The position numbers and the translations under genes were made by a program. A stretch of 52,418 bases of DNA from a virus (lineage: Duplodnaviria; Caudoviricetes). This document shows, one piece after another, positions 40,173-50,000 of this stretch (position 1 is the first letter of the stretch; the number at the start of each line of letters is the position of its first letter). The notes below the pieces were generated by a model that did no database searches, had not been told where the DNA came from, and was given only the letters and a program-made list of their open reading frames with translations. The DNA lies in the IMG/VR virus record IMGVR_UViG_3300023179_000148, positions 1-52,418 of that record; one strand, given 5' to 3'.

Positions 40173-40459
40173 GAAGTTATTTCACCTAATTTTTCAACAG
40201 TTACAATTTTGTTAGGATCATTTACCAGTTTTAGAAAACGATCTAAACTTTCTGGCAATAAAACCTTTGCAAAGAACTTGTCAATAAGAGCAGCTGCCAT
40301 TCCAGTTGAATCAGAACCAGCGTCTGCAACCATATCTAAAAGAACTTTACCTTGAAGAGCCGTTTTACATTGGAAATCTTCTCCATAAAGTTTGAAAGAT
40401 AAAGGTTGCGTGTTTACATCACCACCGCTACCAAAATCTTTAAACCTACCTGTTGTCAT
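40106..40459 (-). CDS. Tail assembly chaperone (gpG-like)
   Basis: GAGGA SD; position upstream of the tape measure; ends WLVEQYSSRP, typical of actinophage chaperones. Confidence 0.72.
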   Translation of the reverse strand: MTTGRFKDFGSGGDVNTQPLSFKLYGEDFQCKTALQGKVLLDMVADAGSDSTGMAAALIDKFFAKVLLPESLDRFLKLVNDPNKIVTVEKLGEITSWLVEQYSSRPIPGLEDSRSGQ

Positions 40460-40520
40460 GTTGATATTCCTCTTTTCTCGTTTGTCTTTTTATTTACCAT
40501 TTTTATAGTAAATGTTGTTC

Positions 40521-40904
40521 CTATTTTACCAACTTTAAGTTATCTGATAGATAGCGATTTGCTTTAGTTCCAGGATGCATAACAGAAGTTGTGTATATAA
40601 TCCTTGAACCTTTAACAAATCTCAGCACTTTTGCCCTATCTGGTCGAATAACATGAGGCTTAGTTCCTTGATGGTGTAGCAAAGCGTAGTCTAAATTAGA
40701 TCCAATTTTTACATACTGACCCCGAGAGTCTCGTAAATGTCTCATATGAATTGAAGAACGAAGTGCTCCTGTTCTTACTCCAACCTGAGCTTTAGCAGCG
40801 GCGGTTATTAAACGACCTTTTTTTGCTAAGTACTTTCCTACATCACCTTCAGGAGAGTTAAGTAAAAAATCTAACTCTGCCCTGCGAAATACTACTGTTG
40901 CCAT
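40521..40904 (-). CDS. HK97 gp10-like head-tail/neck protein
   Basis: VRTGALRSSI, YALLHHQGTKPH and HPGT..NRYL motifs. Confidence 0.75.
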   Translation of the reverse strand: MATVVFRRAELDFLLNSPEGDVGKYLAKKGRLITAAAKAQVGVRTGALRSSIHMRHLRDSRGQYVKIGSNLDYALLHHQGTKPHVIRPDRAKVLRFVKGSRIIYTTSVMHPGTKANRYLSDNLKLVK

Positions 40905-40905
40905 T

Positions 40906-41412
40906 TTATGGAACGGCTGCAGTCAGGGTAAGAGTTACAGTTTGAAAACCGCCCTCGGGAGGTTGAACTTCAACAGTTGCAATAACTCCAAGACCAAATC
41001 CAGATGACTCCCAAGTATCTAGTTGAGAAGCGCTGTCTAATAAAATCCATGCATCATATGCAGCAATCTCTGAAGCACTTTCTATTGTCTCAGCTGAAGG
41101 TGGTCTACCGTTTTGACCAACTACTGGCACTGCTCTTGATACAGAAACATTGATTGTCGCACTTCTTGGATCACTACATCTACGCGGTTGGGTTGCTTCA
41201 TCCCCAGGGGCACCAACATACATTTGTACAAAAGAAACAACTACTTGCTCACAATCGACTACAGGTTGTCCTAATGTATAGTATCTACGCAAAGGAAGTG
41301 GCATAGTATAAGAAGCGTAAGAAGTAACAACTTGAGCAAGAACTGCATCTAAAAATACAGCAAGATTTTTGGCACTGCTACTAACAGTTGCTTTATTTAT
41401 TGTTGTCGACAT
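40906..41412 (-). CDS. Putative tail terminator/completion protein
   Basis: Position in the neck module; DCEQ.VVS, V.RAVP and P.GG pattern. Confidence 0.6.
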   Translation of the reverse strand: MSTTINKATVSSSAKNLAVFLDAVLAQVVTSYASYTMPLPLRRYYTLGQPVVDCEQVVVSFVQMYVGAPGDEATQPRRCSDPRSATINVSVSRAVPVVGQNGRPPSAETIESASEIAAYDAWILLDSASQLDTWESSGFGLGVIATVEVQPPEGGFQTVTLTLTAAVP

Positions 41413-41438
41413 TTGTCTCTCCTAATTTTTTATATATC

Positions 41439-42581
41439 CTACAATGTATAAATTGGCTCTACTCTTGTGTAAAGTTCAAATGATACGTTTGCTGTAAGTA
41501 AATTAATTACTTCATCAACAGTTGGATCGTCTAGGCTAGGTCTAGTGCAATAAATGTCATAAACACCAGGCTCTCTTGGACCAATAATATCTAATATTTG
41601 ACTATAAGTTGGAGAAATAGTTATTGTTCCATTAGGACGACTTAGGCTAATAGAGTTCTCTAAGTTTTCTGACTTTGTATAAGAATGATCAGATACTGTT
41701 AAAGATACTTCCCACGCTGCATCATCTTCTAAAAATTCTCCATTTATTTCATTTAAATAAAGAACTAATAGTGAACCAGATGTAAGCACTTTTAGATCAT
41801 AAGCACTTTCTGTTAATTGATATGGTTTAGGAATAGGGCGACGTGCTCTAGGAGTATCTGGACTAAATACTTTTGCTTTTGCTCTAGCCTTATCTGGATT
41901 AGTGGTTTTTAAAAATAAATCTACAGCGTATAAACCAGTTCTAAGTTCATCAATAAAATCTTGATTATCAAGAATTGTATATGAAACACCTTGACGAGCA
42001 ACAGAGGTTACACGTTGAGGTAGAGCGCAAGTATCGTCATTTTCATATAATTTAATTAGTTCAATAGCAAGTAAACGAGCAGCATTTTTTCCTGCTAATG
42101 GAGGCGGTGTTCCATATGAATAAGTAACTTCAATATTAGAAGATGTCCATCCAGCACCTGGAGTAGCAAGAATAGTTGAGTGCTCTACTAAATAATAATC
42201 TTTTGGATCTATTATAACGCCATTTCTATCTCTTAGCGTATGAACTCTTATTACTTTACGACCACGAAGGCGCACACGAGTGCTTGCAGATGTTCCATCT
42301 CCTGTAAAATCATCTTGTTGATATGGTCCTGAACCATTTAATCTAATGTTTTCAACGTTTCCCCTTATTAGAGTAGGAGAATATGTAAGGATAGACGCAC
42401 CTATACGGATATTAGGATCATAAGAAGAAACATATCGCTCAGTGACAGTTGTTACGCCAGAGTACTTTCTTCCAGACATACCCCAGAGTAAGTAAGAAGC
42501 TGTTTTTACAGCATCATATGCGTATGAAGACTCTGCATAAGTAGATCCAAGTTCATTAGTATTTACCCAAAGATTACTCAT
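41439..42581 (-). CDS. Head-to-tail adaptor
   Basis: AS..LW.MSGR.Y, VTYSYG..PP, LAIEL, CALP.RVTSVARQGVS and TGL..VDLFL...NP motifs of actinophage adaptors. Confidence 0.75.
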   Translation of the reverse strand: MSNLWVNTNELGSTYAESSYAYDAVKTASYLLWGMSGRKYSGVTTVTERYVSSYDPNIRIGASILTYSPTLIRGNVENIRLNGSGPYQQDDFTGDGTSASTRVRLRGRKVIRVHTLRDRNGVIIDPKDYYLVEHSTILATPGAGWTSSNIEVTYSYGTPPPLAGKNAARLLAIELIKLYENDDTCALPQRVTSVARQGVSYTILDNQDFIDELRTGLYAVDLFLKTTNPDKARAKAKVFSPDTPRARRPIPKPYQLTESAYDLKVLTSGSLLVLYLNEINGEFLEDDAAWEVSLTVSDHSYTKSENLENSISLSRPNGTITISPTYSQILDIIGPREPGVYDIYCTRPSLDDPTVDEVINLLTANVSFELYTRVEPIYTL

Positions 42582-42604
42582 TATTTATACCAATCTTAAA
42601 GAGT

Positions 42605-42660
42605 AAGGGCGAACAACGATTAGTGGTATCAATGATACGACTAGCACGTCGTCCGCCCTT
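42605..42660 (-). promoter_or_regulatory. Long imperfect RNA hairpin after the major tail gene
   Basis: Minus strand: AAGGGCGGACGACG/CGTTGTTCGCCCTT (14 bp, 2 G-U), TAGT/ACTA, GTATC/GATAC, loop ATT. Confidence 0.7.
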
Positions 42661-42672
42661 CTTTTACTTATA

Positions 42673-43722
42673 TTAAGAGGTTGGATCCTCTGATGAAGCA
42701 ATAATGAAGTCAACATCATTATCAGCATTATATGTACTGCTACCAGGTACGTTGTATGCAGTAGTAGATCCTTGAGAGGTGAAGTCTGTAACTTCCCAGT
42801 AACCATAATCAACAAATGCAGTACCAGTGTCAGCAGCCGAGGTAATTGTTCCACTAGTTGTAGTGGTATATGTAAATGTTGTTGTTGTTGGGACTGCGGT
42901 AATTGTGTAAGTACCGTGAAGTGCAGAGTTACCATTAGTACCAGAAATAGTTACACTATCTCCTACACGGAATCCATGAGCAGTAGATGTTGTAATAGTT
43001 GCAGTAGTTCCAGCACGAGCAGAGTTACTAATAGTCTTAGTAATTTCTGCATGCCACTCGTAGAAGCCTTTTAGACCAGTTGGTGCCCATGTATCGCGAG
43101 CGTATGAATATGGACGCTCTGCTGCAACTGGGAACTCCCAGCGGCCATCTGGACCTGCATCAAAAAACTCATTTCCAAGACCATAGCCTTCAAAAGTGTT
43201 TGCAAGTAATCCGTTTTCAATTACACGATCACCTGATTGACGCAATTTAACATATGGAAAAACCCAGTGGAAGTATGGACGAGTTGTTGCACGCTTTCCA
43301 TCTTTTACAGCAAATGACCAAACTTCAAGAGCAACGCCATTTCCAGCAGGATCATCTCCAACGGCTGGTGCGGCCCAACCGATTGATTTGCGTTCTGGTA
43401 CAGCATAGGTTCCTAGATTTTTACGAAGTAGCAAACCTCCTGCTAATAAAGCAGTAAGTTCCGTGTCTGGCTCACAAATTGCCAGTTCCATAGTAATTCT
43501 TTTAAGAGTGTCTGGGGCTTTGTAGGAAACGCAAACTGTACCGTTTGCTGACTTCTCTACGATTTCATCGCCCTCTTCGTACTCTGGTGTAAATGAAGCG
43601 CGAAGGAACGCCGAGGTTGTATAACTATCACCTGGCTCGGTGAGTAGGTTACCTGAGGCGTCCAGTCTAGTGACACGGATCGCCACACCTTGGACGCTTG
43701 CCGCGTAGTCCTGAGTGGCCAT
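42673..43722 (-). CDS. Major tail protein with inserted C-terminal decoration domain
   Basis: IRVTRLD..G, YEEGDEI..K.ANG..CV, VALEVWS and Y.HWVFP motifs; AAGGAG SD. Confidence 0.8.
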   Translation of the reverse strand: MATQDYAASVQGVAIRVTRLDASGNLLTEPGDSYTTSAFLRASFTPEYEEGDEIVEKSANGTVCVSYKAPDTLKRITMELAICEPDTELTALLAGGLLLRKNLGTYAVPERKSIGWAAPAVGDDPAGNGVALEVWSFAVKDGKRATTRPYFHWVFPYVKLRQSGDRVIENGLLANTFEGYGLGNEFFDAGPDGRWEFPVAAERPYSYARDTWAPTGLKGFYEWHAEITKTISNSARAGTTATITTSTAHGFRVGDSVTISGTNGNSALHGTYTITAVPTTTTFTYTTTTSGTITSAADTGTAFVDYGYWEVTDFTSQGSTTAYNVPGSSTYNADNDVDFIIASSEDPTS

Positions 43723-43761
43723 ACTGATTTCTCCTTTAGTTGGTTTTTACTTGTTCTTATT

Positions 43762-44628
43762 TTACGCTGTTAAATCAACTCTGATTGCTAAATGTATAGA
43801 TGTATCAAAGTAAACCGCCGCTGGGCGAATTGCCTTAATACGCATATCATTTTGATTTCCCGCTACATCATAACTTTGAGCCAGATTATCAGCTACGACA
43901 TCAACATCACCAATAAGTGTCTTGATTGTGCCAGTGCCGTACATCCATTTGTTTATCGCTGACGCTGTTGCGCCTGTCTGTGAATCGGGACCATTTCCAG
44001 TGTAACCAGAACCAACAATAATTTTAGTTCCACTAACTGTCTGAAGGTGGCCTTTTTCTTTATTATCAAAAATCATATAGTTAGCAGATAGAAGACCAGC
44101 CACATCCTTTGTCATGTGAATGACACCGTTTTCTCCACAAGGGGAGGTATCAGACAATTCATAGTCAAGTAATGCAAGTGCACGTTGAACAGAAAGTGCT
44201 GTAGTTCCATTAACAAGTGTTGCACTTGCGGCACTAAGTGCTTTATTTTCGTGGGATTCGCCTTTTCTAACTGCTCCATCCCATAACTCGCGCTCCATTG
44301 CCTTCTGTGTTATTCCTTCAAGTTGACGTTTAACTCTTGCTACATAGTCAAAGCCAGTAAAACCTAATGTTGAGCGATAATCTTCAGCTTCAATAAAAAA
44401 TGGTTTAATTTCAGTGTATCGCGTAGGTGTTGCATTCGAGGCAACAACAGCGGATGTAGTATCTGTATCGTCCCAGCTCTTTGCAGAATAAATACTGGTA
44501 TCCCACTCTTGTGAGAATCCTCTGATCCATTGATCTTCTTTTATTTTAGTATCAGGCTTTGCTACGGTGAATAGACCGAACTCTGAAGGTGTGATCTTTG
44601 GAGCTTCAAATATTCCGGTAAAAGCCAT
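43762..44628 (-). CDS. Putative capsid-associated (minor capsid/decoration) protein
   Basis: Directly follows the major capsid gene; GLFTVA, ERELW.G, GVIHM and GSGY motifs. Confidence 0.6.
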   Translation of the reverse strand: MAFTGIFEAPKITPSEFGLFTVAKPDTKIKEDQWIRGFSQEWDTSIYSAKSWDDTDTTSAVVASNATPTRYTEIKPFFIEAEDYRSTLGFTGFDYVARVKRQLEGITQKAMERELWDGAVRKGESHENKALSAASATLVNGTTALSVQRALALLDYELSDTSPCGENGVIHMTKDVAGLLSANYMIFDNKEKGHLQTVSGTKIIVGSGYTGNGPDSQTGATASAINKWMYGTGTIKTLIGDVDVVADNLAQSYDVAGNQNDMRIKAIRPAAVYFDTSIHLAIRVDLTA

Positions 44629-44672
44629 GTTCTCTATTCCTAACTTAAATCTAGTTTTTGTTTATTGTATCG

Positions 44673-44696
44673 GGGGAGCCTATTTCTAGGCCCCCC
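44673..44696 (-). terminator. GC-rich GAAA-tetraloop hairpin after the major capsid gene (no U-tract)
   Basis: Minus strand GGGGGGCCTA-GAAA-TAGGCTCCCC, about 20 nt after the stop. Confidence 0.55.
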
Positions 44697-44716
44697 TTCA
44701 ACAAATGGGTTACGGC

Positions 44717-46855
44717 TTAGTACTCGATTGTTGCTGCAGTCAATCCACCAAGTGTATCGCGAAGAGCGGCTGCTACTCCGTTTACATTGATGGTTGATGT
44801 TACCTGTAGAGACTCGACGCCAACAAGGGCAACGTTCTCAAAGGTTTCAACGAACATCTTGTAGTCGTTGGTGCCAACAAGTGTTGAATCACGGATAACT
44901 CCAAGATCCAATGTGCCACCATCAAGGAACAAGAATGATCCTTCAGCAAATAAGTACCAGACGAATGTATCTGGGAACTCATTCATTGCGCCAGAACCCT
45001 GTGCACCAAAAGCAGAAGCTCCTGCTGAAGTGTCTAGAGCATATGTAGCAATGATTCCGCGAGCTGCAATGTAAGCATCAATCTCAGAATATGCATTAAG
45101 AGTTGAATCTCCAGGCATTGCAATAGTTAGATCTGCTGCCATTGCGTCTTTAACCCATGCTGGGATAATTGCGCGAAGTGGAGCATCTGCATCTAGACGA
45201 TGACGTGCACGGTAAGCAGCAGCAGCGCGACCTAGTTGAACTAGGAAGTCACGACCCATTCCAATTACGGAAGTTGAAGTAACTGCTGTTGATGCTGAAC
45301 CGATTTTTGCCAAAAGATTTCCTTCAGCCTCGCGAGCATGTTGAATCAAACCAAGCTCGTTGTGACGAGCGATTAATTCAGGATATGCACGGCTTAGAAG
45401 GTTACCAAATTGTAGTTGCAAAGTAACAGCATCAGTTGAAACAGTTGTCTCACTGGCTGCGGATACAGTTAAACTCAACTTTGAAGCTGGACTTGGTGTT
45501 TCTGCTGAATCGTTAGCAGCAGTCCATACACCAACAGCGTTAGCATATGAGCTAAGTACTGGTGGAGTAATGTAGCGGATACCGCCACGATCTGCTTGGA
45601 AACGAGGTAGAGAATCACGGACTGGCCGTACTGCTGAGCCAATACCAAAGATGTCGTACTTAACCTCGAAAGGTGCTTGATGTCCACCAGAAGCAACAAG
45701 TGCTTCAGGTCCGACTACAGCTTGTACTTTTTCCCAGTTGGCTTGTGCATCCTGAGTAAGGGTGCGAGCCTCTGGAAATTGGGTAGAAATAGAAGCAACG
45801 ATATGTTGTTCTCCATCTCCACCATTTACACGGCGTAGGCCATGTAGACGCTTGGCCATTGCTTCAGCAACTTCTGCCATGCTTGAAATTGAGCTGCCTG
45901 CTGTATATCCAGGAATGTCAGCGCCCGCAGTGATTGCCACGGTTGCTTCTGTTGTCCGAGATGTTGGGCGGCGGTCAGCTGGTACCTCAATGTTGAGGTT
46001 ATCTGCGTTATCTGCAGCGGCGGTCACGGGTGCCTCCATAGTTTCTTGTGCTGTTTGCACATTTTCTGTTTGTGTTGGTGTTTCAATAATTGCTGCTTCA
46101 GTACCTTCAGTAACAATAACTGTTGCTTCTGCTGCAGGAGCATCTTGCGACACTGCTACCTCTTCTACAACTGCTGCTTCTGCTACTACTGGTACTTCTG
46201 TTGTTGTTGTTATTGCTGATGCTTCTGCAACAGCTGCGACAACTGTTTCTTCCACAGCTGGTGCTGCTTCAGTTGTTTCTTTAACTTCAGTCGAAAATTC
46301 AGATTTTTTATCTGCTTCGGTTGACGCTTCAGTCATAGTTTTTTCCATTTCTTTTTCTTCCTTTTTGTCTTCTTCCATGTCTGCAGAAGATTTTTCATCC
46401 TCTACTTTTGGAGCAGCTTCTGGAGTTGCAGGCATTGCTGCTGCTTCTTCCATTTTTTTATCCTCTTCCATGGTTGGGGAAGGAGTTTCAGAAACGGGTG
46501 CTTCTTCAGTTACTGGTGCTTCTTCAGCAGGAGCGGCAGGAGCCTCTTCTGTCATTGCAGCATCTTTAACTTCAGTAGTTTCCATGTCTTTGTCTTCGTC
46601 TTCTTTTCCGTATACGCGATTAGCTGCTTCTGCTGCTCTTTGAGCAAGTTCTACAGTTGCTATTTCACGACGCTTGATTTCATTTCTAACTCCATCAAGC
46701 ATGTCGGCAAGTGACGTCATAGCGTCAACTGTCTGCGGAGTAGGATCCTCCTTCTCAACCGATTCAAATTCGTTGAGGATAGATGTCTGAAGTTCACTAA
46801 CTTGTTCGTCAGTGATTTCAGATAGCTGATCCATCATTTGTTTGATTTGGTCCAC
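44717..46855 (-). CDS. Major capsid protein with N-terminal scaffold-like region
   Basis: TAAGGAGG SD with GTG start. Coiled-coil plus Glu/Ala/Pro/Thr-rich N-terminal ~300 aa. Capsid motifs ALVASGG..AP, RDSLP.FQADRGG, YPEL, LDLGVIRDS.L...NDY..FVETFE. Confidence 0.85.
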   Translation of the reverse strand: MDQIKQMMDQLSEITDEQVSELQTSILNEFESVEKEDPTPQTVDAMTSLADMLDGVRNEIKRREIATVELAQRAAEAANRVYGKEDEDKDMETTEVKDAAMTEEAPAAPAEEAPVTEEAPVSETPSPTMEEDKKMEEAAAMPATPEAAPKVEDEKSSADMEEDKKEEKEMEKTMTEASTEADKKSEFSTEVKETTEAAPAVEETVVAAVAEASAITTTTEVPVVAEAAVVEEVAVSQDAPAAEATVIVTEGTEAAIIETPTQTENVQTAQETMEAPVTAAADNADNLNIEVPADRRPTSRTTEATVAITAGADIPGYTAGSSISSMAEVAEAMAKRLHGLRRVNGGDGEQHIVASISTQFPEARTLTQDAQANWEKVQAVVGPEALVASGGHQAPFEVKYDIFGIGSAVRPVRDSLPRFQADRGGIRYITPPVLSSYANAVGVWTAANDSAETPSPASKLSLTVSAASETTVSTDAVTLQLQFGNLLSRAYPELIARHNELGLIQHAREAEGNLLAKIGSASTAVTSTSVIGMGRDFLVQLGRAAAAYRARHRLDADAPLRAIIPAWVKDAMAADLTIAMPGDSTLNAYSEIDAYIAARGIIATYALDTSAGASAFGAQGSGAMNEFPDTFVWYLFAEGSFLFLDGGTLDLGVIRDSTLVGTNDYKMFVETFENVALVGVESLQVTSTINVNGVAAALRDTLGGLTAATIEY

Positions 46856-46981
46856 TACTGTCCCTCCTTAGGGTCAGTTAGGATAGGGCTTTTCCCCATC
46901 TCGCTGATCAGTCGAGGCTGAGGGACTCGCAGACGCAATAAATGCGTGGAGGCACTCCACCTAATACTGAATATTACATTA
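46856..46981 (-). promoter_or_regulatory. Promoter and structured 5' leader of the major capsid gene
   Basis: TAATG-TAATAT -10 (46981-46971), four short hairpins and a GTCCCTC/GAGGGAC stem overlapping the SD. Confidence 0.55.
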
Positions 46982-47022
46982 GTTCTTATAGTGTGATTTT
47001 CTTTTTTTGTGTATTTTTTCTA

Positions 47023-50000
47023 TTAGGTAAGCAGTCTAAGTAATTTAGACATTTCCTTAGATATCTCGCTCTGGCTGTAGACATCTTGACCTGACATGAA
47101 GTTTTTTATACCTTGAGTAGCAATATCTGCATCTTTTTGACCAATTTTATTCTCAACTCTAGTAATCATTTTCTCCATTAAATCCTGTAAGGCAGGGGGT
47201 ACATCACTAAATCTAATCTTTTGAGCATCTTCTCCAAAGGCAAAAGGTAGGTTAGCAATGACTTTGCCTAGCTCTCCAGCGCTATTTCTAACATTACCTA
47301 TAGCCTCGGCATTAAGTGCTCCTGTATCTAACCTATCTACAATATCTAGCAAATCACCAGCAGCCTTGGCTGCTTCAGCGTAGTCACCAGCATTATCTAG
47401 ATTATTAACCTCTTCAATTTTTTCTAATGCAGCATCTGACCCAGCGTCACCTAAGTCCAATTTCAACCGAGCAAGCACTTGTCGAAACTTCCCTGTGGCA
47501 TCACGGGGTTGGGTTTTAGGTGTGTATTTAACTCTGGAATCTTCTGCGTCTTGCTTACTCTTAACTTCTTTTTTTAGTATATCTGTTTCTTCATCCGTAA
47601 GATCTGCGTTTTCCTGGTTACGATCCAAACCGCCAGCGGCAACAACTGATTCAATAATAGAAATTCTTGCTCTTAAACTAGCAGCAACACTATCTATATC
47701 GTTGATCGATGCTTCTTTCCAATTTTCTGGAATTAAGTCTTTACGATCTAATTGACGAGCCATCTTTACAATATGACGGCGAACCAAACCACGTTTTCCT
47801 GGCTTGGCACGTCCATATGCTTGAACAGCATTCTTTAAATCAGAGACATTTCTAATTGGAAATGATCCATCTGGAAGTGCTTTTTTATCTTTTGCTAATT
47901 CCATACGTTTTTTACGAGTAATAACCGCTAACTCTGAATCTGAGTCATTAATATTTTGAAGCATGTAAGAAGAAGATTCTTCTTTCATTTTATTTACTCT
48001 ATTAGATAATTCAGATGCTTTAATAGCAGCAGTAATTGTTTTTATTCTATCTTTAACATTATTACTAGCAGCAATTAATGGTGCTTCTAATTTATCAATT
48101 CTAGTATGCAGTTCTGCTATAGGATCATTTTTTAGTTGAGCAAGAACGCTTGCGCCAGCAGCAACAAGTGCCATAACTTGACCTGATGCAACACGAGCGC
48201 GAGCAATTGGGAAGCCAGGAACATTTACCTGACAGATTGCTACAAGTTCTAGAGCACCTTTAATTGGTCTCCAATCTCCTGATGGAGCAGAGGCACGTAA
48301 AGCACGAATTTGTTCTGGAGTTGTGCCAGGGCGAAGTGCTCCTGATACCCAAATGCCATAAGCATCTTCTCCAGCATGTACATCTGCTACCGCAGACGCT
48401 GTGTCATCGTAATGACGAACTGCTTCTGAAGCACTGGCTTCAAGAGAAGCATGTCCTCCAGCTAAAGTTAATTGTCCAACTGGAATATCTGTTCCGTCTT
48501 CAGTACGTACAGCACCAGTGTGAAAGTATGCATAATTGCTCTTACTTCGAGGAGGACGAGTTCCATAAGACATTCCAATATGGTCTACATGCCATGCAGC
48601 AATGTGACCATACACTTGACCTTCATCAGTTACTGTTAGTGCGGTTGGTTTTTTTAATTTTGGATCAACAAACCATTCCTTTGGTGGAGTAACTGGTATT
48701 GATCCAGCCACAATGCCACAGGCTACTAACGCTGATGCGTCTAAAGGATTTAGTCCTTCGACATACACTCCATCAGATATCACTTCTTCCTCCTGAATTT
48801 CTCCGCTTTGGTCTACGAGTTCTACTCGACATTCCTGAAAAGCGGGTTTAGGGACAAGAGTTACAGCCATAACTCTTGCCTTAGTTATATTCATTTTACC
48901 TGCTCCAACTTTTTTGTTAGATTCATTTTCAGCATTTTCTTTTTCTTCATCTGCTTCAAACATGTCCATATCAGCAGAAACTCCACGAATGAAGCCTCCA
49001 CGAACCAATCTTTCCGCTTCTTTTCCGTATTCTCCAGTATCAAAATACCCTCTGGCATTTCCAATACCTTGATCTACTCTTTCCATCTCAAGAATTGTTC
49101 CAATTACAACTGATCCAGAATGACCCTCGCCAGTCTTAATTTGCCATAAAAATGGAAGAGGAAGTTCACGCATAGTGATAGCGCCTTTTTCAAATTTACG
49201 ACCATCTCCAGACTCAATATCTTCTGGGATAACTAAAGGAATAAAAAACTCTGCTCCTCTAATCTCTTCAGTTTCTGCTCCTGCTAAGACAACTCTGTTT
49301 CTAGCGTCTGCTGCTCTTGTTTTGAGATAGGTTGCTTCGAGTATGGCCTCAGAAGGAAGTATAAAATCTGTGCTAAACGCGTCCGCTCTAATTCCTTTTT
49401 TGCCATAAAGTTGACGATGCTCCTTGTCTCCAGTCCACATGCCAGTTGCTTCTTTATGACGCAATGCGCAGTAGCCTTTTGCTCGAGGACCCATGTATTT
49501 TGAAAGTTGACGAACGCAGCGGGTCCAATCACCTGCAGTTCTCCAACGAATTTTTGCTGCACCTTTTCCATATAACCAATAACGACGAAGTTTTTCGGCA
49601 TTACCTCTATTTCGGTCAATTCCTCCAGCAGAAATTAAGGAAGAAATTATTGAATCTATATTATATGCAGATGCAGTTTTAGCAGCTGAATCTATTTGAT
49701 CCAAAACTATTTTTAAATTGTCATTATCTAAGACAACAACTGGTGGAGGTGTAGGACTTTTTAGATCAGAAAGAATAGAATTATCTTTTTCCCACATGCC
49801 TGGCTTACGCTTCCATGTAGAAGTTGTTACAGAATCTTTACTTACTGGGATAAGTGAGACTAATTCCATAACAGCCTGAGGATCATCAGGTGAAACAATT
49901 GCCATGTAAATTGGTGGAACATCTGAAGTATCTGGCGTTAACTCTGCAGATGCGGCAGAGGTAAGACCTTTAACAGGTTTATATGATTGAGTAAGTTTTG

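Noticed and set aside
42585-42935. 116-aa alternative-frame ORF overlapping the end of the major tail gene (possible frameshift extension)
   Set aside because: The sequence looks like an off-frame reading of Thr-rich codons and runs through the hairpin; no slippery site was identified.
45762-46643. 293-aa + strand ORF opposite the capsid gene
   Set aside because: It is a Ser/Ala-rich antisense shadow of the low-complexity Glu/Ala tract.
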